The notes under the pieces: model-generated | What the model saw: the letters and a program-made list of their open reading frames with translations, nothing else | Told to the model about the DNA's origin: nothing | The model's database searches: none | Shown: piece by piece, positions 1 to 6,796 of the stretch | Position numbering within the stretch: the first letter of the stretch is position 1 | Layout: each line of letters opens with the position of its first letter | Program-made: the position numbers and the translations under genes | Virus record (IMG/VR): IMGVR_UViG_3300033994_001756 | Coordinates: 96,001-160,000 of that record | Origin: a virus | Length of the DNA stretch: 64,000 nucleotides | Direction: 5' to 3' (one strand)

Positions 1-338
1 TTCAAACCAAAGTTCTTGCAAGCTATGGTATTAAGTCACACTTTAGTTACAATCTCACTTTTAATGCTCTTGATAGTGAGCTATCCAAAGGCAGACCTGT
101 GGTTATTGGTATCTTGCACAGGGGTTCTTTATCTGCACCTACTGGCGGGCACATGGTTGTAGTAATTGGTAAGACTCCAGCAGGAGATTATGTAGTCAAT
201 GATCCATACGGTTCACTTAATGATGGCTATACTGGAGCAGTAACTAATGGTAAAGGAGCTGTATATAAGAGATCAGAACTATCCCGTAGATGGTGCCCTG
301 CAGGAAACGATGGATGGGGTAGGGTTTTCCAACCCTGA
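1..338 (+). CDS. C39-peptidase-like protein, 5'-truncated by window edge
   Basis: Frame open from position 3; GRPVVIGILH, GGHMVVVIG and VVNDPYG match the papain-like C39 His/Asp motifs. Confidence 0.7.
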   Translation, partial: QTKVLASYGIKSHFSYNLTFNALDSELSKGRPVVIGILHRGSLSAPTGGHMVVVIGKTPAGDYVVNDPYGSLNDGYTGAVTNGKGAVYKRSELSRRWCPAGNDGWGRVFQP

Positions 339-345
339 GAAACGG

Positions 346-353
346 TATAAATA
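346..353 (+). promoter_or_regulatory. T4-type late promoter TATAAATA
   Basis: Exact T4 late consensus in an intergenic gap. Confidence 0.55.
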
Positions 354-364
354 TCCCAAGCACC

Positions 365-393
365 TTGACAACTGAATGCGAGTGTGGTAACAT
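365..393 (+). promoter_or_regulatory. sigma70-like promoter for tRNA-Tyr
   Basis: TTGACA-17 nt-TAACAT with TG extension. Confidence 0.6.
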
Positions 394-402
394 TTTGTTA
401 TC

Positions 403-484
403 GGGTAGGTGTCCGAGTGGTTAATGGAGGCGGACTGTAAATCCGCTGGCTCTGCCTACGGGGGTTCAAATCCCTCCCTGCCCA
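403..484 (+). tRNA. trnY: tRNA-Tyr(GTA)
   Basis: Cloverleaf; anticodon arm GCGGA-CTGTAAA-TCCGC, long variable arm, TTCAAAT T-loop. Confidence 0.95.
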
Positions 485-604
485 TTGGTAACACCAACTT
501 TTATCATAAGCGATTGAGTGTTATCATTTAGAGCCTAGGAGATTCCCCCTTGAGAGAGGGGATGTGTGGTTTCTCTATTAGGATGTAGAGTTCAATTTAA
601 ATTA

Positions 605-967
605 ATGCGTTTTATTTCAACCCTTTTAATTGCTTCAACACTTCTTGGATTTACGCCCCAAAAAGCTGAGGCAGCCAGCGGATGTTCCCTGGCATCACAT
701 TATGGTGTAGGTGATGGATATCACGGCCAAACCACCGCAAACGGTGAAACATATAATGCATATGGTCGATCTGTGGCACATAGGTGGCTTCCATTCGGCA
801 CTAGATTACGTGTTACAAATCAACGAAATGGAAGATCAGTTATTGTGCGAGTGAATGATAGAGGTCCATATGTCGGAGGACGAGACCTCGACCTGTCCTA
901 CGGGGCATTCTCTACTATTGCGTCTCCAGGACAGGGAGTGGCAAGAGTCTGTTACTATAGAGTTTAA
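605..967 (+). CDS. rlpA: RlpA-like (DPBB) lytic transglycosylase with signal peptide
   Basis: ASHYG..TANGE..AHRWLPFGTRLRVTN..VRVNDRGPY..DLDLS; ATG at 605 preferred over GTG at 566. Confidence 0.9.
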   Translation: MRFISTLLIASTLLGFTPQKAEAASGCSLASHYGVGDGYHGQTTANGETYNAYGRSVAHRWLPFGTRLRVTNQRNGRSVIVRVNDRGPYVGGRDLDLSYGAFSTIASPGQGVARVCYYRV

Positions 968-979
968 CAGATAAATAAT

Positions 980-1000
980 GGGGAGATAAGTTCTCCCCTT
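980..1000 (+). terminator. Hairpin terminator candidate
   Basis: GGGGAGA-TAAGT-TCTCCCC followed by TT. Confidence 0.45.
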
Positions 1001-1026
1001 CCTCATAAAGAACTATAAAGAGCATC

Positions 1027-1320
1027 ATGAAAACCTTTCAAGAGTTTTGTTTAGAAGCATATATAGTAAATCTTAATGAATCTATTTTAGATGGGTTTGA
1101 TGATGCTCATAAAAAACTTATGCAACAAGATCTAGAACGACATCAAAGACAACTAGATAGAATTAAAAAAATGAGACAAATGGCTGCATCGGTTGTTGGT
1201 GATGAACCATCAAAACCCAGTAAGCCGTCTTCTAAAAAAACAACAAAAAGTCCACAAGAAAGAATCAAAAAAATCAAAGGTATAATAGACCGTGAGCTAT
1301 CACATGATGACCCAAAATGA
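1027..1320 (+). CDS. Hypothetical protein with MKTFQEF N-terminus (possible internal head protein)
   Basis: N-terminal MKxFxEF motif recalled from T4-like cyanophage virion proteins. Confidence 0.6.
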   Translation: MKTFQEFCLEAYIVNLNESILDGFDDAHKKLMQQDLERHQRQLDRIKKMRQMAASVVGDEPSKPSKPSSKKTTKSPQERIKKIKGIIDRELSHDDPK

Positions 1321-1327
1321 TTAACCT

Positions 1328-1732
1328 ATGAAATTTAATTTTTCTTTTGGTAAAAAGAAAACATCTATTAGAACTATTCTAGTTTTATCTTTAATAGTAG
1401 CATCACTCTCTTCTTGCTTAAAGATAGAAGAAAAACATATCTGGGATATTGTTTATGAATATTTTCAAACATATCAACCAGATTCTCCACTAATCCCAGA
1501 ACTTCAAAAAAATCCTGGTGTAGTGGAACGAGATGTCGAGCGAACCGTGGACAAAGCAATCCGTGATTATGAACGCTTGACAAAAGACGATAAATATGCT
1601 AAGGTATTAACTCCACGGTACTCAGAGAAACCAGTTGACACTGATGTGTGTTATACTGATGAGTGTCGAGCACTTGGCGGGGAAATGAGGTTGTGTGCCC
1701 CATGGGTTGACAACTGCCCCAAGACATGGTAA
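1328..1732 (+). CDS. Hypothetical protein, N-terminal hydrophobic segment, Cys-rich C-terminus
   Basis: ORF track. Confidence 0.65.
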   Translation: MKFNFSFGKKKTSIRTILVLSLIVASLSSCLKIEEKHIWDIVYEYFQTYQPDSPLIPELQKNPGVVERDVERTVDKAIRDYERLTKDDKYAKVLTPRYSEKPVDTDVCYTDECRALGGEMRLCAPWVDNCPKTW

Positions 1733-1735
1733 ACT
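1707..1735 (+). promoter_or_regulatory. sigma70-like promoter for the tRNA cluster
   Basis: TTGACA-17 nt-TAAACT with TG extension. Confidence 0.6.
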
Positions 1736-1812
1736 AAATCAGTTGGTTCGGAAGTCCTCTAATACTTCTGGTAATATACATAAGGTAAATATCTTATGAG
1801 TTTCCAACAATT

Positions 1813-1886
1813 GACTCAGTAGCTCAGTTGGATAGAGCATCTGCCTTCTAAGCAGTTGGTCGGGGGTTCAAGTCCCTCCTGAGTCG
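1813..1886 (+). tRNA. trnR: tRNA-Arg(TCT)
   Basis: GACTCAG/CTGAGTC acceptor stem, loop CTTCTAA. Confidence 0.93.
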
Positions 1887-1907
1887 TGACAACTGAATAT
1901 TTAAGGT

Positions 1908-2170
1908 ATGAAACAATGTACACAATCAGATGTAAATGTTGCAATGCAACACTTCAGGTAGCAACACCAAACAGAGGTCAGTCATGTAAGTGTCCTAACG
2001 AGACCTACATAAGACTTGACAACAATGGGTTACCTGTTATAATAGGACAAGACATCAGCCAAGTTGAAATGGTAAGTGGATTTATGAAACCAAAACCAAA
2101 ACCCAAAGTTATTGATCAAGTTGATGTGCCGAAAAGGCGAATACGTAGACTAGATTACGAAGTTCGATAA
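1908..2170 (+). CDS. Hypothetical Zn-ribbon protein
   Basis: RCKCC and CKC motifs; start uncertain (ATG 1908 or 1916). Confidence 0.6.
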
Positions 2171-2179
2171 TTTAGTCTA

Positions 2180-2250
2180 GGGAGCATAGCTTAATGGTAG
2201 AGCGGCCTGCTTATAACGGGTTGGTCTGGGTTCAATTCCCAGTGTTCCTA
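2180..2250 (+). tRNA. trnI: tRNA-Ile(TAT)
   Basis: GGGAGCA/TGTTCCT acceptor stem, GCCTG-CTTATAA-CGGGT anticodon arm. Confidence 0.88.
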
Positions 2251-2253
2251 TTT

Positions 2254-2328
2254 CGGGATGTAGCTCAGTTTGGCTAGAGCGCCGCTTTTGGGAAGCGGAA
2301 GTCGTAGGTTCGAGTCCTATCATCCCGA
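2254..2328 (+). tRNA. trnP: tRNA-Pro(TGG)
   Basis: CGGGATG/CATCCCG acceptor stem, loop TTTGGGA. Confidence 0.95.
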
Positions 2329-2447
2329 TTACCGTTAACAGAACTTCCATTCTGACGGTAAATTGTCGGTGAACTGCAAAGTCAGTATACGGATAGAGAT
2401 TAAGTCCCTGTTATATCCTTATGAGATATATCACACTTAATCCATCT

Positions 2448-2520
2448 GGGGAATTAACTCAGTTGGTAGAGTGCCTGCTTTGCAAGCAGGATGTCAGGAG
2501 TTCAAGTCTCCTATTCTCCA
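2448..2520 (+). tRNA. trnA: tRNA-Ala(TGC)
   Basis: GGGGAAT/ATTCTCC acceptor stem with G3:U70, loop TTTGCAA. Confidence 0.95.
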
Positions 2521-2539
2521 TCCCCACTATATAATTAAC

Positions 2540-2779
2540 ATGGGCGATTCAGTTAAGTATCAAATTGAAAAGGCTGAACATGCACTTCGTTCTGCACTTG
2601 AACTAGGTGCAATGCATGAAGATCCTTATACTCTTCATTCTATTGCTGAAGCACTACAAAAATTAGGTTACATTATTGTAATGAATAAAGCTCAAGAGTC
2701 TGGTGCAAAATACCAAATTAAACTAGGAGATACCGTAATTCCATCATCAACACCTGATGTAATTACATTTAATAAATAA
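2540..2779 (+). CDS. Hypothetical protein
   Basis: ATG at 2540 downstream of tRNA-Ala; the track start lies inside the tRNA. Confidence 0.65.
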   Translation: MGDSVKYQIEKAEHALRSALELGAMHEDPYTLHSIAEALQKLGYIIVMNKAQESGAKYQIKLGDTVIPSSTPDVITFNK

Positions 2780-2828
2780 AATCAACACCCCTCAAGCCTA
2801 TCGACGATGCTCAAACAGAGGGGTCACT

Positions 2829-2899
2829 GCGGGAATAGTGTAGCGGTAACACGCAATCCTTCCAAGTTTGAATCACGGGTTCGATCCCCGTTTCCCGCT
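2829..2899 (+). tRNA. trnG: tRNA-Gly(TCC)
   Basis: GCGGGAA/TTCCCGC acceptor stem, loop CTTCCAA; one mismatch in the anticodon stem. Confidence 0.9.
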
Positions 2900-2918
2900 T
2901 CCTCATCTTGAGGTTATT

Positions 2919-3077
2919 ATGTCACTTATTTCACAAACTGATCGTCAGATGGTCATTGAAGCTCTTGAGTTTTACATTCATCGACTTAAAGAAGATAATT
3001 GTACTCAAGCATCCATCAATGCATTTCAGACACTTCTTAATTGGATTGAACTAGAGTATTATAAACATGAAGATTAA
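2919..3077 (+). CDS. Small hypothetical protein
   Basis: GAGG RBS then ATG at 2919 (MSLISQTDRQMVIEALE...). Confidence 0.65.
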   Translation: MSLISQTDRQMVIEALEFYIHRLKEDNCTQASINAFQTLLNWIELEYYKHED

Positions 3078-3231
3078 TCTTTGGTATTGTAAAGATATGG
3101 ATCAGTGGAGGTGGACTCTAACTGATGATCATAGACCGGTTATTAAACAAGAGTCTGGTCAACGTCCCAATCTTCGTGATGCTATGAATGATGTAGCAAA
3201 TACAGTTGAATATCTTCTAGGTGAAAATTAG
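3067..3231 (+). CDS. Small hypothetical protein (54 aa)
   Basis: Read manually: MKINLWYCKDMDQWRWTLTDD...LLGEN; overlaps the previous stop. Confidence 0.65.
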   Translation: MKINLWYCKDMDQWRWTLTDDHRPVIKQESGQRPNLRDAMNDVANTVEYLLGEN

Positions 3232-3236
3232 TTAAT

Positions 3237-3308
3237 CCTCTGTTAGTCTATTGGTAAGGACAGGCAGACAATGCACTTGGAAACTGGGTTCGATTCCCAG
3301 CCAGAGGT
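3237..3308 (+). ncRNA. tRNA-like RNA with aberrant anticodon arm
   Basis: CCTCTG/CAGAGG acceptor stem, D-arm GTCT-ATTGGTAA-GGAC, T-arm CTGGG-TTCGATT-CCCAG; anticodon region GCA-GACAA-TGC is not canonical. Confidence 0.65.
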
Positions 3309-3440
3309 ACTAAGAGCCCTAGACTGATAAACTAGAATGCTGTAGTAAAGGGTGCAACAAGGAACGTTGTATTAAACAAAGGATCCCCTCGGCCACATCG
3401 TAGATTTTATCGTAGGTGGACATTCTTGCCCTTAAAAATC

Positions 3441-3529
3441 GTAGGTGCCAAAACCTCTCGCTGGTCTAGTATTCTGTGGCTGGATGAAGTAAAGAGGGAT
3501 AACATAGGCAAAGTTATTCCCACCTACCA
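3441..3529 (+). ncRNA. Putative structured RNA closed by a 7-bp stem and ending in ACCA
   Basis: GTAGGTG/CACCTAC, CCTCT/AGAGG, TCTAGT/GCTGGA and GATAAC/GTTATT pairings. Confidence 0.45.
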
Positions 3530-3535
3530 CAATTT

Positions 3536-3865
3536 TTATCTATGATACATAGATAAGTCAGAGTGAATTTCACGATGACAATTAGCACAGACAAGAATGC
3601 ATTTTTTTGCTTCCTCTCTTTGCTTTGCTAAAGATGCGGTGGAACCAATAATTCCACCTTCTTTAGCATCTGGGTCTACATGATGAAACTCTAGTGCTGC
3701 CGTGCATTTGTTGTATCCACACATACAGCATTTTCCTCCAGCTTCTTCTTTAATTAAAGATACATTTTTTCTTCTAGTTGCAGATACTCTTTCTGTCATT
3801 TTTTTAGCCCAGTTAGGATTTTTTGCTTTTCTATCAGCATAAGTTCTAGTTTCTTTTTTATTCAT
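3536..3865 (-). CDS. Free-standing HNH endonuclease
   Basis: CCMCGY..LEFHHVDP..CILVCANCHREIH. Confidence 0.88.
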   Translation of the reverse strand: MNKKETRTYADRKAKNPNWAKKMTERVSATRRKNVSLIKEEAGGKCCMCGYNKCTAALEFHHVDPDAKEGGIIGSTASLAKQREEAKKCILVCANCHREIHSDLSMYHR

Positions 3866-3902
3866 GTTGGTATAACTTTTTAAATTAATACCAACTATTT
3901 AT

Positions 3903-4020
3903 TCCCCTGTAGCTCAATGGCAGAGCAATCGGCTGTGGAAAAGAAGGTTCCTTTAGTTCTGGTTCGATTCCAGTTTTTTCCTTAACCGATGGGTTATAGG
4001 TTCAAGTCCTATCGGGGGAG
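3903..4020 (+). tRNA. trnN: tRNA-Asn(GTT) interrupted in the anticodon by a 46-nt insert (3937-3982)
   Basis: TCCCCTG/CGGGGGA acceptor stem with G73, intact D- and T-arms; removing the insert gives ATCGG-CTGTTAA-CCGAT. Confidence 0.88.
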
Positions 4021-4042
4021 TTACCGATAAATATCAGTATCG

Positions 4043-4315
4043 GTGGATACAGTTATGAAATACAAAATTTCCTCAAACTATTGTTACTACAACAATGAAA
4101 TTGTGGAAATGTATTTCATCAACAATGTACCTTTTACTTTTGAAGAGATTCCTCAAATCATGCAGGATGACCCTTACATTCAAATAGATGCATCAAATAA
4201 TCAGGAATATGCTCCAGAAGATTTATATCGTACTTCATTTTATTTGATTGATGAAGAATGTCATCCTTGTTTATTTCCAGTTGATCTAGAAAATCCTGAA
4301 GATATGCCTGAGTAG
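4043..4315 (+). CDS. Hypothetical protein
   Basis: ORF track; 3' end overlaps tRNA-Thr. Confidence 0.65.
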   Translation: MDTVMKYKISSNYCYYNNEIVEMYFINNVPFTFEEIPQIMQDDPYIQIDASNNQEYAPEDLYRTSFYLIDEECHPCLFPVDLENPEDMPE

Positions 4316-4379
4316 CTCAGTTGGATAGAGCAACGCTTTTGTAAAGCGTAGGCCATCGGTTCGAGTCCGATCTTGGGCT
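4306..4379 (+). tRNA. trnT: tRNA-Thr(TGT)
   Basis: GCCTGAG/CTTGGGC acceptor stem, ACGCT-TTTGTAA-AGCGT. Confidence 0.93.
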
Positions 4380-4398
4380 TTACAATTAAATAACTGCC

Positions 4399-4602
4399 AT
4401 GTACGAAGATTTAACAACTTTTGAAAAGCAACTTGCTCAGTTTGGAGATCGAGTTCAAGTTATTGTTGGACTTGAAGTTGGTGGAAAACTCCATGCAGAT
4501 GATGCATACAAACAAATCAAAGATCTAGTAAAGGAGCTTAAGAAGCTTCGTAAACAAGAGTTAAAGCACGGCAAAGATTTAGACAACTTTGGATTTCATT
4601 AA
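4399..4602 (+). CDS. Cyanobacteria/cyanophage-type small hypothetical protein
   Basis: FGDRVQVIVGLEVGGKL..AYKQIK pattern. Confidence 0.7.
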   Translation: MYEDLTTFEKQLAQFGDRVQVIVGLEVGGKLHADDAYKQIKDLVKELKKLRKQELKHGKDLDNFGFH

Positions 4603-4604
4603 TT

Positions 4605-5195
4605 ATGACGTTATCGCAAGGACTAGTTGATCAAGAAAACGAAGAGGCTGGATTTGAAATAATCCACCTCTCTTTTCGTAAGAGGCTATCTGAAAGCATG
4701 TATGGGGGTCCAGTAAACTACTACATTGGTAATATTGTATTTCGATTGACAGACCCAGATGCAATCAATCGCATGAAGTATTACATGGAGGAGAATGAAG
4801 AACTTCGTGTAGCACCAGACCTAGAGTTGATGGAAAAGTATTATGAAGGTCTTCACTTTGTATTTGAAAAACCAGAACATGCAATTCTTACTGATGATAT
4901 TCCAGAAGAAGAAAGGTATGTGCCATTAGATATTCGCAATAAGCATGGCATCAAAGATGAAGATGTATTCATTCATGCTCATCGTCGCAACACAGCACCA
5001 TTACATGACTTCATCCAATACAATGAAAAGTTCAATTGTTACAGAATGCACGAATACTTCCAGGACACCCCCGTGGTTCGTGGCATAATTCAGTATCTAC
5101 AGGACATGAAAGATGGTAAACCGAATCCTAGCCGCACTGTCTACCATGAACAGTTCATCAACACCCTTGAAAACCTCTGTTGGTGGTGGGACTAG
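4605..5195 (+). CDS. Hypothetical protein
   Basis: ORF track, 196 aa, ends CWWWD. Confidence 0.75.
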   Translation: MTLSQGLVDQENEEAGFEIIHLSFRKRLSESMYGGPVNYYIGNIVFRLTDPDAINRMKYYMEENEELRVAPDLELMEKYYEGLHFVFEKPEHAILTDDIPEEERYVPLDIRNKHGIKDEDVFIHAHRRNTAPLHDFIQYNEKFNCYRMHEYFQDTPVVRGIIQYLQDMKDGKPNPSRTVYHEQFINTLENLCWWWD

Positions 5196-5319
5196 ACAGT
5201 GTGCTAAGTGCCACACCGAACAACCCCTTGACAAAGACCACTTCCAGGTGGTAAAATCATTTCGTACAGGCTTCTCGTATTACTGCAACGAGTGTAACAA
5301 ACCAAAACCAAAGGACTAA
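5113..5319 (+). CDS. Small Zn-finger protein
   Basis: CAKC...YCNEC motifs; start uncertain. Confidence 0.5.
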   Translation: MVNRILAALSTMNSSSTPLKTSVGGGTRQCAKCHTEQPLDKDHFQVVKSFRTGFSYYCNECNKPKPKD

Positions 5320-5393
5320 TACAACAATAAATAACCTGAGAGACATGGAGAGTCTTTAAAAACCCTGGTCGGGAGCAACCCCTTAGAAATCAA

Positions 5394-5591
5394 ATGGAAC
5401 AAACAAACTACCGTTCTTTCAAGTTATCAAATGTTTGTGCTGAAATTGAAAGTGTGATTACTACACTTAAGCAAATCCAATCCCAAATGGATTTAAAAAA
5501 TTATACTAAACTTCACGAAACAATTCAGAAACTTCAAGAACACAAGCAGTATATCTGGCAAATATACAAAGATCTAGAAGTCTTGGAATGA
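5394..5591 (+). CDS. Hypothetical coiled-coil protein
   Basis: ORF track. Confidence 0.55.
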   Translation: MEQTNYRSFKLSNVCAEIESVITTLKQIQSQMDLKNYTKLHETIQKLQEHKQYIWQIYKDLEVLE

Positions 5592-5737
5592 CTTAAAAAT
5601 TACCCTGGTGGAGTCAACATGACCCAAATAGTCCTCGTCGGATTGGACAGTAAATATGCCGACTGGTGCGGATGAGGAGTGCTTACTCCCGCCTGGTTTC
5701 TTGCCTCCAGTCAAAGGGCAAGTGGCGAGCCTGCAAA
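5578..5737 (+). ncRNA. Structured RNA resembling the cyanophage manA RNA motif
   Basis: GC-rich intergenic stretch with GTCGG/CCGAC, GCGG/CCGC and CTTGC/GCAAG stems; family recalled from memory, not searched. Confidence 0.5.
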
Positions 5738-5771
5738 GGGGGTTGACAGCCCCCACCTTTTACCCTATAAT
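5738..5771 (+). promoter_or_regulatory. sigma70-like promoter with the -35 box in a hairpin loop
   Basis: GGGGG-TTGACAG-CCCCC; TTGACA-17 nt-TATAAT. Confidence 0.7.
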
Positions 5772-5845
5772 ATTGGGGAAGGGACCGAACCACGTTATGG
5801 TTCCTAACAATATAAATAAAATCTGTACTTAATCATTTTCAAATT

Positions 5846-6724
5846 ATGATTCGTTCACTTATCACTGCTGGTGTTGTTGCTACTACTGCGATTACTCCTG
5901 CCATGGCACAAGTCACTAGCGTTTCTCAGCTACGTGACGTTCAGCCTACTGAATGGTCCTATCAGGCTATCTCTAACCTAGTTTCACGTTACGGTTGTGT
6001 TGCTGGTTTCCCTGATGGCACTTTCCGTCCTGGTCAACCTGCAACTCGTGCTCAACTAGCTGCACTAACAAATGCATGTCTAGATCGTATCACTGAGTTT
6101 GAAACTGCTGCTGATGCACAACTAGCAGCCGCACTTCGTGCTGAGTTTGCTAAAGAACTAGGTGCTACTAATGCTCGTGTATCTGCACTAGAACTTGCAG
6201 TTGCACAAAAGGCTCAAGGTGTTGGTAACTATCTAGGTGCTGGTGTTCTACTGAACAAGCAAGGTGTTGCTGGTAATGGTTACACCGAAAACCGTACTGT
6301 ATCTGGTGCTACCATCCAAGGTCGTTATGCAGTAAAGACTTTCAGCAATCAGAATGCTGTTGCTGTTCGTCCTTATGCTAACCTAGTTGGTACTCCTGCT
6401 GGTCAGATTGGTGCAGGTGGCGGTGCTCTAGTGTCCTATGACTGGAGTATTTCTCGTGCTCCTTCTGGTGTAAGTCGTGCTAACATCTACACTGGTGTAG
6501 GTTATCAGATTCCTTTCGTAAACAATACTGATGCTAACTATCAGTCTGCTGTTGGCGAGAAGGGTCAGGTAGTTCTAGCTCTAGGTGTAGAGGGTCGTCT
6601 CACCAACTCTCTAGTTGGTTTTGCTGATCTCAAGTTCCCTACCACCAATGCTTCTAATAGCTATGGTGTTACTAACGGTACTTACTCACCTGTATTCACT
6701 ACGGGTCTGGGGTTCAAGTTCTGA
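5846..6724 (+). CDS. SLH-domain outer-membrane protein (short cyanobacterial porin-like)
   Basis: Signal peptide; QVTSVSQLRDVQPTEWSYQAISNLVSRYGCVAGFPDGTFR resembles the SomA/OprB-family SLH start; beta-strand-rich C-terminus ending GFKF. Confidence 0.82.
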   Translation: MIRSLITAGVVATTAITPAMAQVTSVSQLRDVQPTEWSYQAISNLVSRYGCVAGFPDGTFRPGQPATRAQLAALTNACLDRITEFETAADAQLAAALRAEFAKELGATNARVSALELAVAQKAQGVGNYLGAGVLLNKQGVAGNGYTENRTVSGATIQGRYAVKTFSNQNAVAVRPYANLVGTPAGQIGAGGGALVSYDWSISRAPSGVSRANIYTGVGYQIPFVNNTDANYQSAVGEKGQVVLALGVEGRLTNSLVGFADLKFPTTNASNSYGVTNGTYSPVFTTGLGFKF

Positions 6725-6737
6725 TTTTCTGACAATT

Positions 6738-6771
6738 GGGGGTTGACAAAACCCCCTGTTTCATATATACT
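6738..6771 (+). promoter_or_regulatory. sigma70-like promoter with the -35 box in a hairpin loop
   Basis: GGGGGTT-GACAA-AACCCCC; TTGACA-17 nt-TATACT. Confidence 0.7.
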
Positions 6772-6796
6772 AGTGCAACAATTCTTAATAATTTAA

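Noticed and set aside
2471-2539. Track start codons at 2471, 2868 and 1886
   Set aside because: They lie within tRNA genes; downstream ATGs are more plausible
3937-3982. Group I/II or archaeal BHB intron as the explanation of the tRNA-Asn insert
   Set aside because: 46 nt cannot hold a ribozyme core; the position is within the anticodon, not 37/38, and no bulge-helix-bulge is evident
5574-5756. 60-aa minus-strand ORF
   Set aside because: It overlaps the structured RNA and promoter and has no coding features
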